64,000 nt of DNA from Candidatus Zambryskiibacteriota bacterium (lineage in GTDB: Bacteria > Patescibacteriota > Minisyncoccia > Phycocordibacterales > DATDWN01), in contig PPGI01000010.1 in the NCBI GenBank assembly GCA_003173855.1, positions 62,304 through 126,303 on the forward strand. Direction: 5' to 3'. How positions within the stretch are numbered: the stretch's first letter is position 1; each line of letters starts with the position of its first letter. The notes beneath the pieces are model-generated. The model searched no databases. It saw only the letters and a list, made by a program, of their open reading frames with translations, and was not told the origin of the DNA. Shown here one piece after another: positions 40,261-50,163 of this stretch. Made by a program: the position numbers and the translations under genes.

Positions 40261-40292
40261 TTATTAAGAACTTATTAACAGTTTATTAACAA
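40261..40292 (+). promoter_or_regulatory. Three tandem 11-bp repeats TTATTAAGAAC / TTATTAACAGT / TTATTAACAA
   Basis: Immediately after the HK stop and about 125 bp upstream of the next HK gene. Confidence 0.45.
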
Positions 40293-40416
40293 TTTTTCCT
40301 TCATCAATAGGGAAGTATCTTTTGACAGTAACAAATTATTAAGATAAGATTAAATTTGTCATTTAAAAATTTAAATAATTTTTTCATGAAGAGGTTCGAT
40401 ATCAAAAAAAATACCT

Positions 40417-41511
40417 ATGATCAACAACTCGAGAATAAATCGGAGTCAAGGGATATTACAGGACGAAAAATTATTACGTTTACTTTTTGATAATACAAAC
40501 GAGCATGCAATCTGCATAATTACAAATAATGGGATCATTCGAACTTGGAATAAAAGTGCCGAAAAACTGCTTGGATTCAGCGCTGAAAATATAATTGGAA
40601 AAAATTATTCAATTCTATTTTCAAAAGAAGGTATAAAAAAAAGATTGCCCAAGAAACTTATTGCTGAGGCATCTCGAAAAGAAATCTCACGATCAGAAAA
40701 TGTTTGCGTACGAAAAGACAACACCTTTTTTTGGGGAAGCCTTTGTGTAACACCAATAAAAAATGGGTCTCGCCCGCATAATTTTGTCTTAATTATGCAA
40801 AATATTTCTGAAAAAAAAGAAATTGAACGTCAGAAAGACGAATATATTGGAATTGCTTCCCATGAATTAAAAACTCCAGTAGCCGCACTTTCACTATATT
40901 CTGAACTTTTAGCTGATAGATTAAAAACTGAGCATGATAAAAAAACTCTTCAATTATTTAATGATATGAAAGCTCAAGTCAGCAGGATGGTGAACTTGAT
41001 TGATGATTTGTTGGTTGTTAGTGAAATTGAGCGGAACAAATTGTCGCTAAATATCAAATCATTTAATATAAATCAGTTAATTAGAAAGGTTATTCATGAT
41101 TTTCAGACATCAACAATGACTCACAATGTGATTGTTGATGGAAAAGCCAAGGGAAATGTTTCAGGTGACCCAAATAGAATTACCCAAGTTCTGGTAAATT
41201 TAATAGCCAATGGCATTAAGTATTCTCCTCAAGCCAATAAAATATTAATTAAAATTACTAATGAAAAAAAGAAATTGATTGTCTCTGTTCAAGATTTTGG
41301 ACAGGGTATTACATTGCGAGAGCAACGTGACATTTTTAGACGTTATTTTCGATCATATAGCCTTGAAAAGGGGAATATTCCTGGATTAGGTCTTGGTTTG
41401 TATATTTCAAAAAAAATAATTGATAATCATGGCGAAAGAATTTGGGTTAGATCCCAGAGGGGAAGAGGTTCTGTGTTTTCTTTTTCATTAAGTTACGGAG
41501 CAAAACGATAG
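40417..41511 (+). CDS. Soluble PAS-domain sensor histidine kinase
   Basis: PAS followed by H-box SHELKTP and an HATPase_c domain. Confidence 0.8.
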   Translation: MINNSRINRSQGILQDEKLLRLLFDNTNEHAICIITNNGIIRTWNKSAEKLLGFSAENIIGKNYSILFSKEGIKKRLPKKLIAEASRKEISRSENVCVRKDNTFFWGSLCVTPIKNGSRPHNFVLIMQNISEKKEIERQKDEYIGIASHELKTPVAALSLYSELLADRLKTEHDKKTLQLFNDMKAQVSRMVNLIDDLLVVSEIERNKLSLNIKSFNINQLIRKVIHDFQTSTMTHNVIVDGKAKGNVSGDPNRITQVLVNLIANGIKYSPQANKILIKITNEKKKLIVSVQDFGQGITLREQRDIFRRYFRSYSLEKGNIPGLGLGLYISKKIIDNHGERIWVRSQRGRGSVFSFSLSYGAKR

Positions 41512-42167
41512 CCAAGGCCTCGTACGGTTTCAAGCAAGTGGTCACTGTTTCCAATGCCCAGTTTGCGTCTCAAATTTTTTACATGCACATCAACAACGTT
41601 GGAAAAAGATGAATAATTGAAATCCCATAAATGTGTTAATAATTCTTCGCGATTAACAACTTTGTGTGGATGTCTCATAAAATATTCTAGAAGGACAAAT
41701 TCCTTAAGAGTTAGTGAGAGTGATTTTCCACGTCGAGTAACGATATGCTTTACCGGATCGAGACTAATGTCCGAAACATTTAAAACTGAAGGAATGCTCT
41801 CTGGCGGACGCCTCAATATTGCACGAATTCGGGCTGTGAGTTCATCAAATGAAAATGGTTTTACCAGATAATCATCAGCACCCGAAAGAAGCAAATTGAC
41901 TTTTCTATCAGTTTCGCCATGCGCAGTTAAAATAAGAATTGGAGTGGTAATGCTAGTCTCCCGCATTTTTTTTGTAATCGACAGCCCGTCTTGACCTGGC
42001 AAAGTTAAATCAAGAATTATCAAATCATAATCCATGTGGTTTAATGAAATTCTCTTAAGGGCTGTTTCTCCATCATGAATAATATCCACTGCGTAGCCTT
42101 GTTTTACAAGACCTTCCATTAGGGCATCGGCAATACTTTTATCATCTTCTACGACAAGTATTCTCAT
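41493..42167 (-). CDS. OmpR-family response regulator
   Basis: Receiver and winged-helix domains. Convergent with, and overlapping, the upstream HK. Confidence 0.85.
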   Translation of the reverse strand: MRILVVEDDKSIADALMEGLVKQGYAVDIIHDGETALKRISLNHMDYDLIILDLTLPGQDGLSITKKMRETSITTPILILTAHGETDRKVNLLLSGADDYLVKPFSFDELTARIRAILRRPPESIPSVLNVSDISLDPVKHIVTRRGKSLSLTLKEFVLLEYFMRHPHKVVNREELLTHLWDFNYSSFSNVVDVHVKNLRRKLGIGNSDHLLETVRGLGYRFAP

Positions 42168-42250
42168 AATTTAAATATAATTTTAATATAAACTTAATTA
42201 TATGCAAGCAGGATGAAGGGTTCATGAAGTTTATCTGAAATTAAAACACT

Positions 42251-42277
42251 CCTGTTAGGGAGTGTTTTAATTTTTAA
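42251..42277. terminator. Terminator hairpin (AAAACACTCC tgtta GGGAGTGTTTT)
   Basis: Perfect stem with T-tracts on both strands. Confidence 0.45.
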
Positions 42278-42296
42278 TTAGATTTTTAATTTTAAC

Positions 42297-44180
42297 TTAG
42301 AAATGACATGTATCGGCACATGAACCAGTTGGAGTAAGCCCTGTCATAGTTTTATAGTGATCAGCAATTTCAGCTTCTGTGAGTAAACGATTGTATATCG
42401 CAACCTTTCCTATTGCCCCTTTGAACCATGTTTCTAGGGCCATTGTCCCAATGTTTAATGGAGAATTGTTTGAAGTTGGGATAATTTTGTACTGACTCAT
42501 ACATCCAGTTGGCATGTGATTTGCCATGCTCCACTTAATACCGTTAACCCAGATGTTTATTGAACCTGGATAAGCAGTTTGGCATCCCGTAGGTGTAGTT
42601 ATTGTCTCGTATTCTCCCACAACATGAATCCAACCTCCCTGTTTAATGAGACCAGAAATTGGTTGCCAATCTGCAGCAGAACCTAATCCTGCACTTGGAT
42701 TAAAGACATAAGCACTAATTCTATTCGTTCTTCCTTCAGGGTTATTTGTGCTATACATTCTAGATTCCCATTCACATGTTGGTCCATAGTCTTCACATTT
42801 ACCCATAAAGTCGATGTATCCATATCCACTGTCATTTGCAAATTGCAACGTATCAGGTCTTATCCATGCTTCCCATGTTAATTGATGAGTTGTTGGAATT
42901 GATAAACTTGAATTTGAAGGCACTTGAAGATACTCACTTGAACCATTGAAGTCTGCAGCATTGTCACCGTTTGGTAATTTAGCAGATAGCGGTGCACCAC
43001 CTTGGTATGTTCCGTTATTTCCATGTCCTGATTTGTCACTTTCGCTGGTACCTGGAGTAGCCATAGTAAGATACATTACAGGATTTCCAGCAAGAATAAT
43101 TGAGTCGTAACTTGAAGATGAAGGTGCAGGAATTGGAGTTGGTGATGGAGTTGGCGAAGGTGTAGGACTTGGAGTCGGAGAAAGAGTTGGAAATGGTGTC
43201 GGGCTTGGCGTTGGAGCAGGTGTTGGTACAGGAGAAGGAGTTGGAGTAGGGACTGGAGCTGGAGCGACAGCGAGAACAATTTGTGATGGTTTTGTCACAT
43301 TGAAGTTATCTAGCGAGATATCCATGAAATCAGATCTAATTCCAGTTAATCCGCTAGAAGTAATTTTTGAACTTGTAGAACCATTATCAATTGCTTGAAT
43401 TGCAAGTGTCCAATTACCTGAACCATTTTGATCTACATATAGATCTACATGAACATTTCCATTAAGATCGGTATAAGTAGAGTTTCTAATTCTCATCCAA
43501 GTATTTTTTGGAAGAACATCTGGATTTGTTGTTGAGTTGTATGTTCCAGAGAAAAATGGCTTTTCAGCAAGTGTGTAATATGCGCCATTTATTTTTTTCT
43601 TAACAATTACATGTCCATCAACACGAATACCAGTATAATAGAAATTTCCGTTTTGCATTCGGCTGATTAGAAAGATTCCATTCCATGGATTTCTGTTAAC
43701 TGAATTCGACAGATTGTCTTTGTTAATTTTTACTGATATCCAAGAATCAGAGTCAGTTTGAGGTTGCCTCAAAAGTAAAGAGAAGCTATTTTGCGGATGT
43801 AATCCCTGATCGCTTCCAATCGGATTTGAGTTTAAGTATTTTAGATACCAAGGATTTGAGCCTAAAATATCACCCTGCAAGCTTTGGCCTATTCCTCCAT
43901 TAACAAGAAGCTGCCCTCCTGATGAAATCCACCAGTAAGGACTTCCTGATCCATCGGGAGTACCGACTTCATTTAATGTGCCAGGAGCGCTGAAAGTGTA
44001 ATTCCAAGGAAGACTAATAGAAGCAGCAACAGATGCTCCAAATGCGCTTAGGGGTAAAAAGAGTAGGATTCCTAGAGCTAGACCTGCCAAAAATACAAGA
44101 TTTCTTAATAATTTGTATTTTTTCGCGGGGTTTTCTAGAGCGATTGCACGACTCTTTGATTCATTATGGCTGTAATTCAT
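42297..44180 (-). CDS. Secreted multi-domain protein: lectin/LamG-like domain, Pro/Thr/Ser linker, C-terminal beta-rich domain
   Basis: N-terminal TM/signal. The [11 protein letters not shown]...GLHPQN domain is paralogous to the 46337-47203 gene. PTPSPTP linker. Confidence 0.5.
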   Translation of the reverse strand: MNYSHNESKSRAIALENPAKKYKLLRNLVFLAGLALGILLFLPLSAFGASVAASISLPWNYTFSAPGTLNEVGTPDGSGSPYWWISSGGQLLVNGGIGQSLQGDILGSNPWYLKYLNSNPIGSDQGLHPQNSFSLLLRQPQTDSDSWISVKINKDNLSNSVNRNPWNGIFLISRMQNGNFYYTGIRVDGHVIVKKKINGAYYTLAEKPFFSGTYNSTTNPDVLPKNTWMRIRNSTYTDLNGNVHVDLYVDQNGSGNWTLAIQAIDNGSTSSKITSSGLTGIRSDFMDISLDNFNVTKPSQIVLAVAPAPVPTPTPSPVPTPAPTPSPTPFPTLSPTPSPTPSPTPSPTPIPAPSSSSYDSIILAGNPVMYLTMATPGTSESDKSGHGNNGTYQGGAPLSAKLPNGDNAADFNGSSEYLQVPSNSSLSIPTTHQLTWEAWIRPDTLQFANDSGYGYIDFMGKCEDYGPTCEWESRMYSTNNPEGRTNRISAYVFNPSAGLGSAADWQPISGLIKQGGWIHVVGEYETITTPTGCQTAYPGSINIWVNGIKWSMANHMPTGCMSQYKIIPTSNNSPLNIGTMALETWFKGAIGKVAIYNRLLTEAEIADHYKTMTGLTPTGSCADTCHF

Positions 44181-44431
44181 TTATATGTTATTTAATTTAT
44201 TAATACCTTCGAGTAATCCCAAAGGTATAAACAATTTTAGATAGCCAAATTTTGAATCTCAATAAGAAAACTGATTTAACAATATTTAATCTTTTTATTC
44301 ATGAAGAGAAAAATTTTATACTTGAAAAATAAGGCTGTTTTAAAATTTGATTTAAAAATTTCATTTTGACTTCAATATAAATTAATTAAGTCTTCATTAA
44401 ATACCACATTAAATTTCTTCATAATCAAAAA

Positions 44432-44460
44432 CCCCAGAAATCTGGGGTTTTTGAAACTGA
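44432..44460. terminator. Terminator hairpin (AAAACCCCAGA ttt CTGGGGTTTTT)
   Basis: Perfect stem. Serves the upstream minus-strand CE4 gene. Confidence 0.5.
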
Positions 44461-44473
44461 CGTTTTATCGAGT

Positions 44474-46306
44474 TTACTGCAAGGATTGAATTCCTTGGGA
44501 GACAGTAACAACTGGAACACCTTTAGTAACTAGATAATCAACAATTTGATTAAATATTGCCGGGGTAGTGCTAAATTGATTTCCGCTGTTATTAACTTCG
44601 TGTATTGCAAGGATAAGCCAGGTTTTATTGGCTGCAGCCTGGTCAATCCAAGCTTTTACTTGAGCAAAAGTTATATTAGAAGTTACGCCTTCACGCTCAA
44701 GCTGATATCTGTCTGATGTCGGAGTAACGAATCCATCAAGTGTTGCCACGGCATTATTAAAGCCAGCATCTTTAACAATTTGAATAGTTATTGAATCGTA
44801 GTCACCATATGGATAAGCAAACGACGTTATTGGCCCGACATTTAATGCGAGCAAATCATTTCTTGAACCCTGGATTTCAGTTTGTTGGTCAGCAGGAGAA
44901 AGTTGTGTTAGGAAAGGGTGAGTTTGGGTGTGCGCGCCGATTTCATTTCCCATTGCATAAATTTGTTTGATTTGACTTTTACTCATGAAGTCTGGAAAGC
45001 CATCGTCCGCAGTTTGCCTACTAACAATATAGAATGTTCCATTTACTCCAGCCGACTGCATTTTTGGAATGGCATTTTGGAATTGTGACAGCCAACCATC
45101 ATCGAATCTAAGAGTGACTGCTCCAGTCGAGAATACTCCGGAAACTCCAGATTTTTTAACAACGGAAACATTATCAATTGTTAAACTACCAACGCCTTCT
45201 ATTAGATGAAAGACAGTTACACTTTTAACCGCTTGGCTAACGCTGAAATCGACATTCTTTGTAGTTGGAGTACTTGCTGCTGGAAGACTAGCAATATCCT
45301 TATAGGTAATTGTTCCGTCATTGTTAATGAACTGGACAGTGATCAAACTTGAAATATTCGATTTATATGTATCAGAGTAAGTATAAATTCCTTGAGTTAC
45401 AGGAACTGGATCAAACCACCATTTAGCATCTCCAGTTGTAAAAGATGTGACGTTTATTGTTGCAGAATTTCCGCTGCCAAGTGAGGTTCCGGGATAAACA
45501 AATTGTCTAGTGTTTGTGCCCCAGCCACCTTTGTTCCAACCTTGCGGCAATCCGTTTGAACCCGGAGTTTCAAAATTACCGTTTGAAACAAGATTACCGT
45601 CAGAGCTCGTTGTCGTAATTTTATTTAAGGAGAAATCATCAATTGATAGGCTTCCGTTTGATTCGATCAAGTGAAAAACTGTTAACGAAACTACATTAGC
45701 TGGAACAGTAAAGGTTACATTATTTTGTTGGTAAGTTGAACTTGGATTAATAAATGCAACATCTTTATATACAAATGTACCATCACTCAGTTTGAATCTG
45801 ACATCAATTACTGTCGGTACATTTGAAAGTGAATAATCAGATAATTGGTAATTATCTCCCGGTGAAACTGCGACATCATCGAAGTACCATTTTGCGTCTC
45901 CGCTTACAAAATTTGTAATAGTTACTTGAGCAGCCTTAGTATCAGTGTTGCCATTCACAGGGTAAGTAAATGTTCGCGTGTTGCTGCCATAACCGCCCTT
46001 GTTCCAATTTGCTGGACCGCCAGTCGTTGTTGTGTTTTGAAAGCTTGGATTTGGAACAAGATTTGGTCCAAGTGTCTGGTTTGATACAGCTTGAGTTTGA
46101 AGTGTTGACGAAGTATTTTGAGTAGTAAGTTTTGATTGATTAGTTGATAATGGAGTGATCGGGTTGTTTAACCGTGATTTTCTTACTTCGGGAGTTGAAC
46201 TGCCTTCAACTTTTGGAGACTTTGCTCCCAGGGCAGTTTGTCCAGAAATAAGAGCAAACAAAAGCAGTACGCTCAACATTATATTTTTTTTATTTTTCTT
46301 AATCAT
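44474..46306 (-). CDS. Secreted polysaccharide deacetylase (CE4/NodB) with two N-terminal carbohydrate-binding-like repeats
   Basis: Repeats GDAKWYFDDVAVSPG and GDAKWWFDPVPV. C-terminal TLRFDDG...HTQTHP NodB motifs. Confidence 0.65.
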   Translation of the reverse strand: MIKKNKKNIMLSVLLLFALISGQTALGAKSPKVEGSSTPEVRKSRLNNPITPLSTNQSKLTTQNTSSTLQTQAVSNQTLGPNLVPNPSFQNTTTTGGPANWNKGGYGSNTRTFTYPVNGNTDTKAAQVTITNFVSGDAKWYFDDVAVSPGDNYQLSDYSLSNVPTVIDVRFKLSDGTFVYKDVAFINPSSTYQQNNVTFTVPANVVSLTVFHLIESNGSLSIDDFSLNKITTTSSDGNLVSNGNFETPGSNGLPQGWNKGGWGTNTRQFVYPGTSLGSGNSATINVTSFTTGDAKWWFDPVPVTQGIYTYSDTYKSNISSLITVQFINNDGTITYKDIASLPAASTPTTKNVDFSVSQAVKSVTVFHLIEGVGSLTIDNVSVVKKSGVSGVFSTGAVTLRFDDGWLSQFQNAIPKMQSAGVNGTFYIVSRQTADDGFPDFMSKSQIKQIYAMGNEIGAHTQTHPFLTQLSPADQQTEIQGSRNDLLALNVGPITSFAYPYGDYDSITIQIVKDAGFNNAVATLDGFVTPTSDRYQLEREGVTSNITFAQVKAWIDQAAANKTWLILAIHEVNNSGNQFSTTPAIFNQIVDYLVTKGVPVVTVSQGIQSLQ

Positions 46307-46336
46307 ATTTTTTTATTAGATTATTAATGGTTAGCT

Positions 46337-47203
46337 CTATGGGGACATAGCGCTAAAATTTTTAAATTTAACATCCATAAAATCAGTTCGAATTCCAACA
46401 TTTCCGGATGAGACTATAGGTTTTGTACCTGATAAAGTTTCGGAATCAACTACATCTAAAACCAATTTCCATTCGCCAGAATCAGTAAAATCAATAAAAA
46501 ATTGAAGTTCAACTTTTGTTGGGTCAATATTTTTAGCAATTAATTTTTCACCAATCCATTTTTGTGTTGGTAATAAAATTGGATTTGAATAATGATCGTA
46601 ATTTTTATTATCAATAAATGTGCTTGAGGCCAAAGTTGTATAAACTCCATTTATTTTTTTCTTGATTACAGCTGTACCGTCAACACGCATCCCGGCATAA
46701 TAAAGATTATCTCCATCTAAATATCGGCTCATAAGTAATACGCCATTCGACATATTACGGTTTGGGCTTCTACTTAAGTGATAATTCTCAATTTGAAAAA
46801 ATAATGATACGTCAACATCTCCCCAGACTTCTGTATTAATCAATCTAAAAATATTTTGCGGGTGAAGACCTTGGTCCGTATCCACAGGATTATTTTTTCT
46901 GTAAAGTGTTTTCCAAGGTGATTGAGCCGGAATGTCATTTTGTAATGTTTGTCCTATGCCATCTTCAACATAAAAAATTCCACCTGAATTTAACCACCAG
47001 CAATGTTCCCACGAATCATTTTTTGCATCCGATTCTTCTAAAACCCCCTCGGTAAATTGATTGCAATTTTCTGGGATGTTTGATGATCCTCCAGAATAAA
47101 GAATTTTTCTCGATGGAAATCCAAAGAGGGACAGAATATAATAAATCCCAATAATTTGAGCGAAGAGTATAAAGAAAGTTTTTGATGCAATTAATGAGTT
47201 CAT
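46337..47203 (-). CDS. Secreted lectin/LamG-like protein (paralog of the 42297 N-terminal domain)
   Basis: WWLNSGG...GLHPQNIF...GMRVDGTAVIKKKINGVYTTLA aligns with the 627-aa protein. Confidence 0.5.
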   Translation of the reverse strand: MNSLIASKTFFILFAQIIGIYYILSLFGFPSRKILYSGGSSNIPENCNQFTEGVLEESDAKNDSWEHCWWLNSGGIFYVEDGIGQTLQNDIPAQSPWKTLYRKNNPVDTDQGLHPQNIFRLINTEVWGDVDVSLFFQIENYHLSRSPNRNMSNGVLLMSRYLDGDNLYYAGMRVDGTAVIKKKINGVYTTLASSTFIDNKNYDHYSNPILLPTQKWIGEKLIAKNIDPTKVELQFFIDFTDSGEWKLVLDVVDSETLSGTKPIVSSGNVGIRTDFMDVKFKNFSAMSP

Positions 47204-48789
47204 GGCTCGATTGCTTTAACTGTTAAGTTATCAATTTCAACTTGGCTGTTTCCTGGAGTTGCATCCCAAGTTTTAATTCCAATTCCGCCGTGTGACAATG
47301 ATGGATCAAGAAAATCTGTCTGGGTAATCACGTTGCCATTAATTAGGCATTGGACACTACGGGCAACAACCCGCATGCCAATTCTGAATTGACTTTGGCC
47401 AGGATTATATGAATTGGTATTTCCAGCAATCACTCGATCCTCGCCATTTTTCACTTGTTCAATGTGGACAAGATCGTTCTTAAAATTGCATGCTGTTAAA
47501 TTTTTATCATCTGCATATCGAGAAGAGAGATAAATATTATTTCCTTTAATCCAACGAACTTGTGCGCTAATTTCATAGTCAGTCCAATCATCAGTTCCAT
47601 CGAGGACAACCGTGCTTCCTGTTCCATCGGGTAGGGCACTAATAACCATTTTGTTATTTTCCAAAGTCATTGTTCCCCAGTTCGTGTTAATCCAGCCGTC
47701 AACATTGGTAAAATTAGCGGAAAATGGCAAGGTTTTTGCTTGGCCAGAATTAAATTCCTTAATCAGATCGTTTCCTGACCAATGAGGAGAAATTCCGATT
47801 CTCTTGATCATAAATGAATTTTGACTAGGAGTTAGCGGATAATTTTGACTATATCGGTAATTGTTCGAATATTGATAAAAATTAAGTGGGTAAATATTTT
47901 CTGCTATTGGTACTATAGTTTTTTCAGCATCAGGAAAATTTACTGTCGAATATCCATAATCTCCAAATGGAAAGGCGAAAGCTATAATTGGTTTGCCAAA
48001 TGTTTCCTGAAGATTTATTTTTGATTGCAATAGATCATTTCTTGTTCTGTCACTAAATTCTGAAACTGACTCAACTCTTCCAAAATTTGAAAGCCATAAT
48101 TTGTTTGAGAAAAAATGTCCCTTATTACCTTGATCATCAATAAAATAATTTGAGTGTGATGAATATCCATGAGACTGTATCTCCCACTCATTGGTACTTG
48201 CCATTTTTTTGAGCTCATCGAGAGACAAATAATAATTGCTTGTTCCTTCAAGTGAATATTTATCAATGACAAACATTACGGCATGATAATCAAGCGAACG
48301 CAAAATTGGATCAGCAGGGTAGTAGCTGTCTTTTCGACCATCATCAAAAGTCAAAAGAAATGATTTTGGGGGGAGTTTTTTTGTGCCTTGCATGAAATCA
48401 TAAAAATCTTGCATTGTAATAGTTTGCCAACCATTTTCTTTAAGTGTTTTCATCTGATCCCAAAATGTTGCGAGATCAATATTTGTCGCTTCTCCTTCGT
48501 TGTCAGAAGTTGCTGGTCCACCAAGCACCCCGTGGTAGAGAAGTACTGGAATTGATCGAGCATATTGTTCGGTCGTGGTTGAATCACCCATAACGTGTCC
48601 GGAAATGACCATTTCCTTCAAGTTGTAGGGGATAACATAAGAATATGATTTAAGATAATAGGATTTGTAATTGGCAAACAAGTGTTCATTTTGAAAGTAA
48701 ATAAACATGCCAATTCCAAATATGGCAATAATCGTAAAACTCCAGAGAATTTTTTTATTTAATCCGGTTGATGTTGCAAAATAAACCAT
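47200..48789 (-). CDS. Membrane-anchored polysaccharide deacetylase (CE4) with a C-terminal beta-sandwich domain
   Basis: LLYHGV and LTFDDGRKDSYY NodB motifs. N-terminal TM. Confidence 0.6.
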   Translation of the reverse strand: MVYFATSTGLNKKILWSFTIIAIFGIGMFIYFQNEHLFANYKSYYLKSYSYVIPYNLKEMVISGHVMGDSTTTEQYARSIPVLLYHGVLGGPATSDNEGEATNIDLATFWDQMKTLKENGWQTITMQDFYDFMQGTKKLPPKSFLLTFDDGRKDSYYPADPILRSLDYHAVMFVIDKYSLEGTSNYYLSLDELKKMASTNEWEIQSHGYSSHSNYFIDDQGNKGHFFSNKLWLSNFGRVESVSEFSDRTRNDLLQSKINLQETFGKPIIAFAFPFGDYGYSTVNFPDAEKTIVPIAENIYPLNFYQYSNNYRYSQNYPLTPSQNSFMIKRIGISPHWSGNDLIKEFNSGQAKTLPFSANFTNVDGWINTNWGTMTLENNKMVISALPDGTGSTVVLDGTDDWTDYEISAQVRWIKGNNIYLSSRYADDKNLTACNFKNDLVHIEQVKNGEDRVIAGNTNSYNPGQSQFRIGMRVVARSVQCLINGNVITQTDFLDPSLSHGGIGIKTWDATPGNSQVEIDNLTVKAIEP

Positions 48790-48798
48790 AATTTTTGA

Positions 48799-50163
48799 TT
48801 AACGTGTGCCCCAGCGGCTGTCACGGATTTTTAAAATGGCGTACGGCAATTGCCATGCAAGAATCAAACTATAGAATGCTGTGGAAACTGAACCAGAAAG
48901 CCAGCGATTGTCTCCGGTGTATCGGTAATAGTAAAGACCGTAGATTAATGTCATTAAGAGTAAGCCGCTGAAATAATAAAGAGGAACAATTCCGCTATTA
49001 ACTGGGTGCCAAATTAAGGTTCGAATGAGAACAAATGGAGCAAGAAGTGGCAAGATAAATCCAAGATAAAACGAAAGACTCATTAGTAAATTTTTTCTCC
49101 ACATGAAAAAACATGCCATAAAACTTTCTCTGAACCATGATTTTTTCCAGCGAAGCTGTTGTTTCATATAGACTTTGAAATTGTCTGGAACAAAAGTGTG
49201 AGCGATTGAATCAGGAGCAAAAACAGTGTCAAATCCATGTTTCAGCACCCGATTGGTAAGACTTCGGTCATCACCATATGTACATTTGACCCCGAGAAAT
49301 TTTTGGTTTGTCCATTCATCAAGCATTGGTAAAATTACTGATCTTCTGTAAGCAGCAAGACATCCAGAGCAGCAAGTTACTGAACCAAAAAGAGCTTCAG
49401 CAGATTTGTAAGCTTTAAAAGCTACGTAATAACGGACTGATTGCATTCGAGTCAAAAAATTTGTTTCGGCATTTGCTACAAGTGCTTGGCCAGCGACTGC
49501 ACCGACGTTCGGCAGAGAAAAATATTTGACCATCGTTTTAAGAGCTTCCGGTTCAATAAAACTATCTGAATCGACAAACAAAATAATTTCTTTATCAGAA
49601 ATTCTGGTACATTCCGCCATCCCATCTCTTTTCCCGCGATTTATTTTCCAATCAACAACGATTACGTTCACGCCTTCAAGTGCTGCTAGGCGCTTTGCTT
49701 CATTCATTTCCTCGAGAGTGTTGTCAGTTGAACCGTCATTAATGGCGATAATGTCGAATTTATCTTTTGGGTAATTTGCTCTTGTCATTCGCATTATAGT
49801 TTCTCTTATGTGCTCACCTTCGTTTTTTGACGGCACAGCAAAGGAAACTGTCGGTTCGTAGTTCGGATCAAAAGAAGTTTCAGTGGGTGAATAAAAATAT
49901 GACAGAGCAAAACGAGAAATAACATAAGAGGCTACCATTAAGCTATAGCCAAAAAATATTATCTGGCCTTGCATCCATTGGATAGACAAAATTTTTATTA
50001 TCATTACTGAAAAAATCAAAACGTAGAAAACCACTGCAGCAAATGCTCTTGTTTTTGCTTTTCTATCAATTCGCGTATTTGCGAGGGCAATATTATTATT
50101 TGCAATTGTGTAACTCATTTTTTTATCGGCCAATTCCTTTGTAAGAGACCTGAGAATCTTCAA
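48799..50163 (-). CDS. Processive family-2 glycosyltransferase (PgaC/IcaA/cellulose-synthase-like)
   Basis: INDGSTDNT and VDSDSF DxD motifs, QQLRWKKSW (QxxRW). Multiple TM helices flank the catalytic domain. Confidence 0.75.
   Translation of the reverse strand: MKILRSLTKELADKKMSYTIANNNIALANTRIDRKAKTRAFAAVVFYVLIFSVMIIKILSIQWMQGQIIFFGYSLMVASYVISRFALSYFYSPTETSFDPNYEPTVSFAVPSKNEGEHIRETIMRMTRANYPKDKFDIIAINDGSTDNTLEEMNEAKRLAALEGVNVIVVDWKINRGKRDGMAECTRISDKEIILFVDSDSFIEPEALKTMVKYFSLPNVGAVAGQALVANAETNFLTRMQSVRYYVAFKAYKSAEALFGSVTCCSGCLAAYRRSVILPMLDEWTNQKFLGVKCTYGDDRSLTNRVLKHGFDTVFAPDSIAHTFVPDNFKVYMKQQLRWKKSWFRESFMACFFMWRKNLLMSLSFYLGFILPLLAPFVLIRTLIWHPVNSGIVPLYYFSGLLLMTLIYGLYYYRYTGDNRWLSGSVSTAFYSLILAWQLPYAILKIRDSRWGTR

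Noticed and set aside
43076-43279. 67-aa Leu/Gln/His-rich minus ORF
   Set aside because: Out-of-frame read of the Pro/Thr/Ser linker inside the 627-aa gene.
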